Below are positions 56,102-64,000 of a stretch of DNA of 64,000 bases, piece after piece. Every line of letters starts with the position of its first letter. Within the stretch, counting starts at the first letter, position 1. Both the position numbers and the translations under genes were made by a program. The DNA comes from a virus (Duplodnaviria; Caudoviricetes): the IMG/VR virus record IMGVR_UViG_3300024259_000011; one strand, 5' to 3'. Below the pieces are notes generated by a model. The model saw only the letters and a list, made by a program, of their open reading frames with translations. It did no database searches and was not told the DNA's origin.

Positions 56102-56467
56102 TTATGATAAAAACTTTTCTTTGCATTCTTCGTTGCTATAGCAAATATATTCTATATGGTTGCCATATGGGTCTGTAACATAAACTCCGTGCGTCCCGTC
56201 GCGATGTTCAACATATTGACCTTTCTCTTTTGGTAAATCCTCAAGACAGTCAACCAACACTGCGATGTGTGGACGGTTTGGACCGTGAGAAGACAATATC
56301 AAAGCTATACAAGTGTTTTCAAGTTGCAAACGATAATATGTGTCTTCTTTGTGTGTTACTTTTCCTCCACATGCTTCCATGTACCACTCAGCAGCTTCTT
56401 CAAGGTCATCGACAACTATTGCTATGTGGTCTATTACGGCTGTCATGTTATTTTCCTTGAACACCAA
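56102..56467 (-). CDS. VOC/glyoxalase family protein
   Basis: IDHIAIVVDDLEEA..WY, YVTDPYGNHIEY. Confidence 0.9.
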   Translation of the reverse strand: MVFKENNMTAVIDHIAIVVDDLEEAAEWYMEACGGKVTHKEDTYYRLQLENTCIALILSSHGPNRPHIAVLVDCLEDLPKEKGQYVEHRDGTHGVYVTDPYGNHIEYICYSNEECKEKFLS

Positions 56468-56506
56468 TAAATAGTTATTAAAACGCTAAAACAACATGTT
56501 GTTTTC

Positions 56507-56818
56507 CTAAGTATTTGACCTGTCAACGGCTGAGACGATCTTAAGGCATTGTGAACTCTCCCGAGTCACTGTTTGTGTCCTAGTCCAAAAGACACTGCAA
56601 TCGTTCCCGATTATAGCGCGATCATAGTTTGACAAAGCCTTGACAACGATACCAACGCCTCCGGGCGCCCCAGAGTTCATATTGCGTTTATAGTCGTGAT
56701 CGTGAGAGTATTCGCCGGGTACCCATGGGAATGTATCGCGAAAACTGAAATAGAGTTGTCTTACAACAACTAGGTCACCTTTAATCACTAATAAGCCTGT
56801 TTTTGCCTTTTGAGACAA
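56507..56818 (-). CDS. Hypothetical protein
   Basis: KGDLV pattern; in operon. Confidence 0.55.
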   Translation of the reverse strand: MSQKAKTGLLVIKGDLVVVRQLYFSFRDTFPWVPGEYSHDHDYKRNMNSGAPGGVGIVVKALSNYDRAIIGNDCSVFWTRTQTVTRESSQCLKIVSAVDRSNT

Positions 56819-57134
56819 GTTTTAAAGAAGTGGCTATCATATCCTTTTCATAGACGCGATTTTCCGTTTTTGTGTTCATTGGGACGACTTTTGCCATGGC
56901 AACCTTCCGAACTTCGCGATCTTCGATAAATAACTCGCTAATAATGCCAAAACACTTTTTTTGGCGCGTTGCGACCGGCTCAACGTCGGTTTCAAGCCAA
57001 ATATCGACTTGTTCCCAAACCCACTCGGTCCATGACACCAAATCGCCAATATTTAGCTTTTTTGCTTGTCGAGAACCAAAAACGGTCTCTTCTTTGTTAA
57101 AAGTCATGCTATTATTAAGTAGTATAGCGATCAA
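56781..57134 (-). CDS. Hypothetical protein
   Basis: IGDLVSW pattern; true start is likely MTFNKEE (57107). Confidence 0.6.
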   Translation of the reverse strand: MIAILLNNSMTFNKEETVFGSRQAKKLNIGDLVSWTEWVWEQVDIWLETDVEPVATRQKKCFGIISELFIEDREVRKVAMAKVVPMNTKTENRVYEKDMIATSLKLVSKGKNRLISD

Positions 57135-57567
57135 TAACTTTTAGAAGCGTTTCTAGCGCTTTTTCATCACTCATGCGATGATTCTTACCAACTTCGATGA
57201 GTTCGGCGCCTGTGGAGGTCGCCAGAAGCTCAGAATCGGCATATTTTACAATTCTATCGGCTTTGGAGTGTAAAATAGTGGAATTCCCGCGACAGGAGCC
57301 CCATGGACAGTATTTTCCCCATGCAGGGGCAATAAGAACGCACGGAACTGTCGTATTGGTCGCCATTGCGACCGCACCACCTCTTGACGAGGCAACAATG
57401 AGGTCTGGCTTCACTTTTTCGAGTATTTCGTGCGCTGCAGTGACTGATTGACCCCAATCATGCGAAATTAGCATGGGGGCAAAGACATCATGCCCATTAT
57501 TACGCAAAAACTTGCATTTTTCGGCATTTGGGCTTGACATACGACCATGTAGGTAAACAATACGCAC
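57115..57567 (-). CDS. Alpha/beta hydrolase (YqiA-like)
   Basis: YLHG, ASSRGG nucleophile elbow, D and NHRM. Confidence 0.85.
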   Translation of the reverse strand: MRIVYLHGRMSSPNAEKCKFLRNNGHDVFAPMLISHDWGQSVTAAHEILEKVKPDLIVASSRGGAVAMATNTTVPCVLIAPAWGKYCPWGSCRGNSTILHSKADRIVKYADSELLATSTGAELIEVGKNHRMSDEKALETLLKVIDRYTT

Positions 57568-57588
57568 TACGACTCCTATTGTAAGTCT

Positions 57589-57617
57589 ATAATAGCATAT
57601 ATTGGTCTAAGTGTCAA
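57589..57617 (-). promoter_or_regulatory. Sigma70-type promoter
   Basis: TTGACA-17nt-TATTAT. Confidence 0.75.
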
Positions 57618-57630
57618 TAAATAAAGGGAA

Positions 57631-59769
57631 TTAGTTGTGGTGACCCGGAACTTCAGCCATTTGTTTGTCTAAAGCATACTCTTCTTCTGATTTTGCACCC
57701 ATTTTGACCAATATCGCTTTTAGATCGGCGATCTCGTCATCGACGGAGCCCTTGACGTTGGCATCCGGTAACTCGCCACACTCTGATAGCCATCTTAGGA
57801 AGTTTTCGTGTAGATCTGCATGCTTATCCATTCCAAGCTTGCGCATTTCGCGAACAGCCTTACGCCCGGGCTCTAAAACATTCTCTTGTACACCCTCATT
57901 GAGCCATTGCCCTGCAGCAGTCTGTGAATGCTTCGATAGTGCTCCCTTTTCGGGTGTTGTATGGTACTCAATTGACTTTAATGAAGCAAGCATGTCCTTC
58001 AACAGCTTAATCATCTCCACATCTCGCTCTTCTTCGCCTGCCATCATAGTCTTCAGGACCATTCCACGCAAATCATCAGCAGTCAGCCCGTTATCTTTGG
58101 ATATCGGGGTTTCCTTCGGCGATGGCTTCCCTTTATCGCCCCATTTGCGTTCTGTAAGTGCTTGATACTCTTTACGAATCATAGATTTAAGGATATGCAT
58201 AGTAGATTCAGCTATAGCCTCTTCATCTTCCTCTTCTTCCGGCTCTTCTTCGTCCTCAGATTCTTTTTCGGCTTCAGCTTCGGCTGCAGCTTCTTTATCT
58301 GCAGCCTCGCGCTCCGCGTTAGCTACTTCTGCCTCTGCTTCGTCTTCTGCCTTCGCATCTTCCGCTTCAGTGTCGCGATCTTCTCGCTCTTCCTCTCTTT
58401 CTTCTTCTTCTTCCGATCTGGCTTCTTCATCGGAGGCTAAAGTATCACCAAACTCTGGTGCAGTTTCTCCGAACTCTGTTTCAGCATCTCCGAACTCCGA
58501 TGTTGCATCGGACATATCCTTTTGTCCGTCTGCCATACCATCCAGCGCAGCCTGTTCAGCTTCTGCCGCAGACTCCACTGCTGCTGCTGCCTTTTGTTCT
58601 TGCTCATGTGCCTTTCTTGCAACGTCAAGAGCTTTCTGCTTCTCTGCAGCGGCTGCTTCTGCCGCCTTTGATGCGTCTTGCGCAGCAGACGCAGCTTTCT
58701 CGGCAGCATCGGTTGCCTTGCCTTCTTTGTCGGCATGTTTCTCGGCAGCGTCAACAGCAGCAATCTTTAATTTGCCGGCATCTCGCCAGACCTGAGAAGC
58801 TTCCTTTCTTTCACCGGCTGCTTTGGCTGCCTCTTCCTGTGCGCCTGATAACTCTTCTCCTGCATCTCCTTGAGCGAGAGCAGCATCACCCATTTCCTTA
58901 GCAGCGTCACCCATTTCCTTAGCGGCATCGGGTGCTTCAAGGTCAGCTTCTTGTACGACCTCTCTCTTCTTGTAGATTTCTTCTTCAGGAGGTTCGCCCT
59001 CACCGAAGCCCCGCTTCTTCTTGTTCTTTGTTTCAGCAACGAGGGATTTAAACTTGGGCTTAAGTGTTGACATAAACTTTCTCTTAAGCGTTTCTTTGGC
59101 AGTGCCTGATTTCATAAAAGCAATGGTTGCAACATCTACTGCAGGCTTGAGTTCGGCTGCAGCCTTGGCGACCAGTTCATCAAAGGAGGTTTTTGCAACG
59201 ATCTCTTTATTAACCAACATAGATTGTAGTTTATTCAGAACTCGTTGATCGATCTCTTCCAGAGAAGCAAACCAGTTTCCACCTGCGGAAGAATCAGATC
59301 CGGCTGATGCGTCTGTGGCTGTAGGATTTGACAATCCTTTTACGTTCCAGCTTGGAGGACATTCTGCTTTGGCAGCACCTCCCCACATTCCACCTTGTGC
59401 GACTAGTCCGCAGACCCATGCTGCAGCCTTCACAGGATCAAACTTAATATCACCGCGCCATGGCTTCTCTCGTATTGGCCAATCGCCAACATCGGCGCCC
59501 ACTTGGCTAGCGCCGTGTTCTACCATCTTCTCGAAGGAAGGTACGCTGGTCATCTTAGGAACCGCTTTGACAATCCACAACAAGGTCTGTCGTTCCTTGC
59601 TGCTTAGTCTCTCCCACTCACTAGTGTTGCGCTCGCGTTCCATTTCTCTGTCCGCTTTGCGCTCCATGTCATCTAAGAAGTCAGAGCCATGACCAGATGC
59701 AAAATCTGCCATGTCAATACGCTCGGTTAATAGTTCGGCAACGGCTTGTTTGAGATCTTCAATCTTCAC
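57631..59769 (-). CDS. Large Ala/Glu-rich coiled-coil protein (putative head/core)
   Basis: MKIEDLKQAVAELLTE; long low-complexity helical region. Confidence 0.75.
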   Translation of the reverse strand: MKIEDLKQAVAELLTERIDMADFASGHGSDFLDDMERKADREMERERNTSEWERLSSKERQTLLWIVKAVPKMTSVPSFEKMVEHGASQVGADVGDWPIREKPWRGDIKFDPVKAAAWVCGLVAQGGMWGGAAKAECPPSWNVKGLSNPTATDASAGSDSSAGGNWFASLEEIDQRVLNKLQSMLVNKEIVAKTSFDELVAKAAAELKPAVDVATIAFMKSGTAKETLKRKFMSTLKPKFKSLVAETKNKKKRGFGEGEPPEEEIYKKREVVQEADLEAPDAAKEMGDAAKEMGDAALAQGDAGEELSGAQEEAAKAAGERKEASQVWRDAGKLKIAAVDAAEKHADKEGKATDAAEKAASAAQDASKAAEAAAAEKQKALDVARKAHEQEQKAAAAVESAAEAEQAALDGMADGQKDMSDATSEFGDAETEFGETAPEFGDTLASDEEARSEEEEEREEEREDRDTEAEDAKAEDEAEAEVANAEREAADKEAAAEAEAEKESEDEEEPEEEEDEEAIAESTMHILKSMIRKEYQALTERKWGDKGKPSPKETPISKDNGLTADDLRGMVLKTMMAGEEERDVEMIKLLKDMLASLKSIEYHTTPEKGALSKHSQTAAGQWLNEGVQENVLEPGRKAVREMRKLGMDKHADLHENFLRWLSECGELPDANVKGSVDDEIADLKAILVKMGAKSEEEYALDKQMAEVPGHHN
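58880..58929. repeat. 21-bp tandem repeat (AAKEMGD x2+)
   Basis: gcagcatcacccatttcctta / gcagcgtcacccatttcctta / gcggcatc. Confidence 0.85.
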
Positions 59770-60527
59770 AGTAGGTTCCCCACACTAACTCCTAGAACCT
59801 TATTAATCGCATTTCTAAGTTCTGCAAGTTCTTGTGGAGTTATTATACCATATTCTTGTTCCATGATTAAGAGATTGTAAAGCTTATTTGCAGTGTTGCT
59901 GCGCATCCTGCTTTCGTTTATGCGTCGGCGCATGCCGGCACGCTTGGGAAACTCTTCACCGTCTTCTGGGGTTCTCATGTCTTCTTCTTCTGCTGCAGCT
60001 AACTCATCGTCAACCATCTGTTGAGCCATCGCCGAGTTCTCTCTTCCCAAATCATCTAAGTCTTGCTCAACTCGTTCTTGGTTCCACCAGTCTTCATGCT
60101 CGCGAGAAGTTTGGTCATGCAATTGCTCAAGCTCCTCCAACGACATTTCGCTGAACCTAATCCAGCGTGGTCGTATCCCATTGATATCCTTATACATATC
60201 GGAAATGTCTTGTGATAAAGCATCAATCAACTCTTGACCTTGCAATGGTTGTCCATGCGTTTCGGCTTCAGGTTGCTCGGCGCTCAGATTTTCTGATCCT
60301 GCCATTACTTCGCGAATCATTTGTTTAAGTAAGTCTTTCATTTCATTAGTCTCTTTTTTATCAGGTAACCCTTTGTGTTTGGTGCTAGCAAAGTCTTTAG
60401 CGTCTTTGGCTTTCATTCCCCTTGCTGTGTCTTCTACCTCTTTGGAGGCACAATCTTTATAATCACTTTTCTTACAGGCATGCACCATGCCCATATAGCG
60501 TTGTTGCGATTTACTTTTTGAAGGCAT
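59766..60527 (-). CDS. Hypothetical protein, DUF3008-like N-terminus
   Basis: MPSKSKSQQRYMGMVHA...DFASTKHKGLP; internal LKQMIREVM. Confidence 0.7.
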   Translation of the reverse strand: MPSKSKSQQRYMGMVHACKKSDYKDCASKEVEDTARGMKAKDAKDFASTKHKGLPDKKETNEMKDLLKQMIREVMAGSENLSAEQPEAETHGQPLQGQELIDALSQDISDMYKDINGIRPRWIRFSEMSLEELEQLHDQTSREHEDWWNQERVEQDLDDLGRENSAMAQQMVDDELAAAEEEDMRTPEDGEEFPKRAGMRRRINESRMRSNTANKLYNLLIMEQEYGIITPQELAELRNAINKVLGVSVGNLL

Positions 60528-61416
60528 TCTTAACGGCGTCCTCAATACGACGTTTATAGCTTTCTTGGATCAACTTGATGCGTAGCGCCTCTCTAACAAA
60601 CCCGATTGGTTGTGACTCTTCTTGTGGCGGAGCAAGACCTAAAGTCTCAGCCGCCAGCGTCAACACATCTACGGCGTCGTTATGATCAACACCTTCGAGT
60701 ATCTGAACAATGTCCATAGCAAGGGACTCTACATCCTGCATGCCGACTTCCGATTCACCGGGAAGGGGCTGACCCCAGTTACCACCCGGCTCCATTTGTA
60801 CGTCATCCTCGTTGAGTTTAGATTCTTGCATTTGCTTTGCCATTCCCGGCAACTGCTTATACAACTTAACAAGTACTGCCTTCGCACCCGGAATGTTTGC
60901 TCCGTGCTGCACGATAGACATAAGCATCTGTGCGTATTCGCCTCTGTTATTAATCTTTTGAATATATTGAAGTGCCTTGGCGACATCGGACTTTTCTTTT
61001 CCGCCGCCCGCAGAATCAAGAGCGTCGGCGCCCGGACCTGCTGGGGCTTCTGCTTCTTCACCGGGCTGCTCTTCGCCGCCCATGACTTCTTTGATAACCA
61101 TTCTAAGTTGGTTGATATTAATGTTTTTCATTTTCTTCTCCTGAAGATATGCATCGGCAAGATATTCTGCGCCGATAGAATATGGGTCGGAGCCTTTGAG
61201 CCATTCGTCATAGTAGTTCCAGTCGTCTGACAAATTCTTTTCGCTCCACTGTTGGTCTGTCTTCTCTTCAAGGTATGCAAGAATGGCTTCTACGAAATCT
61301 TCAAAAGATAGACCATCATCTCTCATGTTCTTGGCATGGTCGATTGCTTGCTCGGAACGTGCCTGCTCCAGCGACTCTTTGATGAGAGCACGAAGGCTCT
61401 TCTTATTTAATGACAT
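60511..61416 (-). CDS. Putative multi-segment head protein
   Basis: LRALIKESLE, LRMVIKEVM and LIQES motifs; GCTATTTA upstream. Confidence 0.65.
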   Translation of the reverse strand: MSLNKKSLRALIKESLEQARSEQAIDHAKNMRDDGLSFEDFVEAILAYLEEKTDQQWSEKNLSDDWNYYDEWLKGSDPYSIGAEYLADAYLQEKKMKNININQLRMVIKEVMGGEEQPGEEAEAPAGPGADALDSAGGGKEKSDVAKALQYIQKINNRGEYAQMLMSIVQHGANIPGAKAVLVKLYKQLPGMAKQMQESKLNEDDVQMEPGGNWGQPLPGESEVGMQDVESLAMDIVQILEGVDHNDAVDVLTLAAETLGLAPPQEESQPIGFVREALRIKLIQESYKRRIEDAVKNAFKK

Positions 61417-61528
61417 GGTTGTGCTTCCTTACATATAAATAGCTATGAGTTTGGATAAAAGAATAGTCATATTATAAAAATACAAACTCTGTATCAAATG
61501 TCAAAAGAATGTGACAAAGTTTAGCTAA

Positions 61529-61816
61529 TCAATGAAATCCGAGAGTATCAACGCGGTCAGCGGCGATACGAATAATATCACCATTCGCTGTTTGCGCGAC
61601 CACTCGACCCTCACTATCTGCAGGGTATTCAGACACTTCATGAATCTTTGTGCCAATCGGAACTCTAACCATACTCTTTTTTACTATATCATAAAACCAT
61701 TCGGTACCACCGGGAGAAACAACCACATATGGATCCGGTGCCTTGTTCTTGATTGCGCTTAGCAGATCGTCCATCGCCCCGGATAGGCTGCTAGAAAGTT
61801 CAGATTGAATGGTCAT
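61529..61816 (-). CDS. Hypothetical protein
   Basis: GGGG SD and ACTATTTG upstream. Confidence 0.7.
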   Translation of the reverse strand: MTIQSELSSSLSGAMDDLLSAIKNKAPDPYVVVSPGGTEWFYDIVKKSMVRVPIGTKIHEVSEYPADSEGRVVAQTANGDIIRIAADRVDTLGFH

Positions 61817-61847
61817 AGTTATTTTCCCCTATAACAAATAGTCGCGA

Positions 61848-62159
61848 CTACCCAAAACTGCCCGTAGCCTTAAGGCTTATTTCGGGAGAGTTAATAAGAT
61901 CTAACTCACTTTCTGCATAAATCCAATCATTCTTTCCGATGCGGACAACATACGCTGCTTCAAGCAGAAACCCGTCATCAACAGATTCTCTATAGAGCCA
62001 GTTTTCAATTATAGACTGAGACAGAGATTCCAAACGAAAAGGATCGGCGCCACTTATAATAAGCCCGATCTTTCCATGGTTCTCGTCAGAAGGGAATGTA
62101 TTGACTTGCACTAAAGAGCCAATAATGAATTCACCAGATTCACTATCATAATAGCGCAT
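61848..62159 (-). CDS. Hypothetical SH3-like protein
   Basis: IGSLVQV...GKIGLI...ESELDL. Confidence 0.6.
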   Translation of the reverse strand: MRYYDSESGEFIIGSLVQVNTFPSDENHGKIGLIISGADPFRLESLSQSIIENWLYRESVDDGFLLEAAYVVRIGKNDWIYAESELDLINSPEISLKATGSFG

Positions 62160-62164
62160 TCACC

Positions 62165-63220
62165 TCAGGATCCGGTATCACCAGTATCCATGGCGCCAGT
62201 ACCGTACGGGTCGTCAGGATCATAGTGATAAGCAATATCCACATGTTCGTGTGCAGAGGGGATAACAGTAAAGTACACAGTGTTGTCAGAGGACTGATAA
62301 TACCAATCCCAGTTCAAAGCCCCGTCAATGAATACACGCATTGTGTCTTCGTGCGAGGGAACATATGTTAATTCAATCGATTCAAACGGCTCCACATTTG
62401 AGGTGGCATCCGTCACTCCGGGTGACCAGTCCTCAGCACAGATATCTACGATGACCCCACCGAAGAAGTTTGTTGCTTCCATATATCGGTCGCCAACGTC
62501 AATAGGGCTTGGCATAGATGCGCACACACTATGTGCTTGATCTACATTATTAATACTGGATTGAAAAACACTTCCGCCGCGCTGTGAGCTAAACCAGCTT
62601 GTCCAATCTATTACGTCAATCATCTGGGTTCTGCTCTGTTCTTCTTCATCAGAGACAAAGACAACTAAAAGAGCAGCATCTGGACGCATCCATGTGCTGG
62701 CGTACGGGTTGCTAACAATGTAGTCATAGGCAGCGTCAAAGCCCTGCTCCATGCCACCACGCGCCATGGCATTATACATATCCATGGCATCATCAATATC
62801 GTCACCGGGTACCAGTGGGAATTGCGCTTCCGCTACTGCGAGCCTAGGGTCGCTGCTCATCATCGCTAATCTCCACCCGGATTCTGGTAACGCATTCATC
62901 ATTGCTTCAATGCCAGCCATCAGTTCAGGATCATATCGATACATGGATCCAGAAGTATCAATGACCCAAAGGATATCAACTCCGTCCATTGCAGCAGACT
63001 GCGTATCGGAGTCTACCCAAATCTCTCCGTACTCTGTCTCACCCGGTACTTCGACTTCAATATAAACAGGGACTTCAACAAACACAGTATCACCGGGCAC
63101 CTCCTCGTAAACAATGATGGGTTCCCCATCACCTTCGGCATGGACGACATAATCGATCCCACCGGTGCATCCAGTCACCGCAGTCGCAACTGCGAGAACT
63201 AAAAGAAACAATTTTTTCAT
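62165..63220 (-). CDS. vWA-domain lipoprotein
   Basis: Lipobox VTGC; MIDAS VIDTSGS; VFVSDEEE. Confidence 0.85.
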   Translation of the reverse strand: MKKLFLLVLAVATAVTGCTGGIDYVVHAEGDGEPIIVYEEVPGDTVFVEVPVYIEVEVPGETEYGEIWVDSDTQSAAMDGVDILWVIDTSGSMYRYDPELMAGIEAMMNALPESGWRLAMMSSDPRLAVAEAQFPLVPGDDIDDAMDMYNAMARGGMEQGFDAAYDYIVSNPYASTWMRPDAALLVVFVSDEEEQSRTQMIDVIDWTSWFSSQRGGSVFQSSINNVDQAHSVCASMPSPIDVGDRYMEATNFFGGVIVDICAEDWSPGVTDATSNVEPFESIELTYVPSHEDTMRVFIDGALNWDWYYQSSDNTVYFTVIPSAHEHVDIAYHYDPDDPYGTGAMDTGDTGS

Positions 63221-63251
63221 AATACTAACCTCCCGTGCGTTTAAAAGTCTC

Positions 63252-64000
63252 TTATTTGGTACCTCTCCGCTTTAATTGATCTTTAATCTCTTCTTTGGTG
63301 ATGCCCCATGATGGAGCAATCCAAACCATATCTTCCACTAGTTGCGGCGGAACCTGATAGCTCCATACACCTATGTCAACGGCTTTGACGACTCCGACAA
63401 ACCGACCCTTGAAGTCAAACACTCCAGAGCCAGATGAGCCTGGCCAAGCGTAAGAGTGCATTACTAAGTTGCCATTCTCTTCGCTAGCGATTACGCCATC
63501 GATTGTAAGTAAATCATGATGAGAAGGAAAACCAGTATAGGTTACTTCTTCTCCGACATATTCATCAATGTCTTTTTTCTTCGCCGGATTATATTTCATC
63601 GGCGTCCGTGAATTCATTTGTGGTACTAAGATAACAGCCATATCAACTTTGTTGGCTGTGAGGATAGGCGTACCAAATACCATCTCTCCATTGCGACCGA
63701 CAACTGAAACAACGGGTGAATCGTTAATGACGTGTGCAGCCGTAAAGACAAGGTAGTATCCATCAATCTCGAATAGGGTACCTGACCCCCTACCCATCGG
63801 CGTAACGACCTCTACGGCGGCGTGACGGACGTTTCTCCGGACCTTTGCTTGCCCCGTCAGAGCTACAGTGCTTGATCCCTCGAAAGCGTTTGCGTTAAAG
63901 GTGATCGGAGCCAGCATCTTTTCATAATTAACTCTCGACCATTCAACTTCCGCAAATCGGTGGACGCAAAGCCCAATCGCAACCAATAATAAAGTGCTAG
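63252..64000 (-). CDS. Trypsin-like serine protease (5'-truncated by window)
   Basis: TAAHV, VDMAV, PGSSGS; the frame is open to base 64000. Confidence 0.9.
   Translation of the reverse strand, partial: STLLLVAIGLCVHRFAEVEWSRVNYEKMLAPITFNANAFEGSSTVALTGQAKVRRNVRHAAVEVVTPMGRGSGTLFEIDGYYLVFTAAHVINDSPVVSVVGRNGEMVFGTPILTANKVDMAVILVPQMNSRTPMKYNPAKKKDIDEYVGEEVTYTGFPSHHDLLTIDGVIASEENGNLVMHSYAWPGSSGSGVFDFKGRFVGVVKAVDIGVWSYQVPPQLVEDMVWIAPSWGITKEEIKDQLKRRGTK

Noticed and set aside
49935-59692. Ser/Ala-rich plus-strand ORFs (e.g. 49935-50456, 53734-53994, 58370-58795)
   Set aside because: They are antisense to Glu/Ala-rich minus-strand genes and reflect codon-composition artefacts.
61471-61504. Sigma70 promoter (TTGACA...TATAAT)
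   Set aside because: The spacer is 22 nt (15 nt with the alternative TTGATA), outside the normal range.
1-64000. Genome-wide stop-codon reassignment
   Set aside because: TAA, TAG and TGA all end well-supported genes, ORFs are long in the standard code, and no suppressor tRNA was found.
1-64000. Bacterial chromosome origin of the window
   Set aside because: No housekeeping operons, one-strand gene packing, baseplate/lysin genes and a gp55-like sigma all favour a phage; the host-like genes are isolated.

Overview
This window is best explained as a segment of a large, T4-like (jumbo) bacteriophage genome. About 85 tightly packed genes lie almost all on the minus strand, with many ATGA/TAATG overlaps, no core bacterial operons and no CRISPR array. 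In coordinate order it holds: (1) a virion module (1-13431) with a >2800-codon ORF missed by the ORF track, a spike-like protein, and a baseplate-hub-like protein carrying amidase and M23 domains; (2) a gp55-like sigma factor; (3) a ~17.6 kb, 21-gene glycan-synthesis cluster (Gmd, DegT aminotransferase, several glycosyltransferases, two sulfotransferase domains); (4) a nuclease/PhoH region; (5) four tRNAs surrounding an unnamed ~129-nt kink-turn RNA; (6) enzymes (NUDIX, kinase-like, ART-like) that share an N-terminal 'ENW/ENF..E' peptide resembling a capsid-targeting signal; (7) a homolog of the myxobacterial gliding protein CglF; (8) a complete tmRNA; (9) acidic head-protein-like genes, an RNA-ligase-like/nucleotidyltransferase fusion, a vWA lipoprotein and a trypsin-like protease. 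CglF and the vWA lipoprotein suggest a Myxococcota-like host (inference). All family assignments come from motifs read by eye, and RNA structures were folded by hand; no database search or folding program was run.
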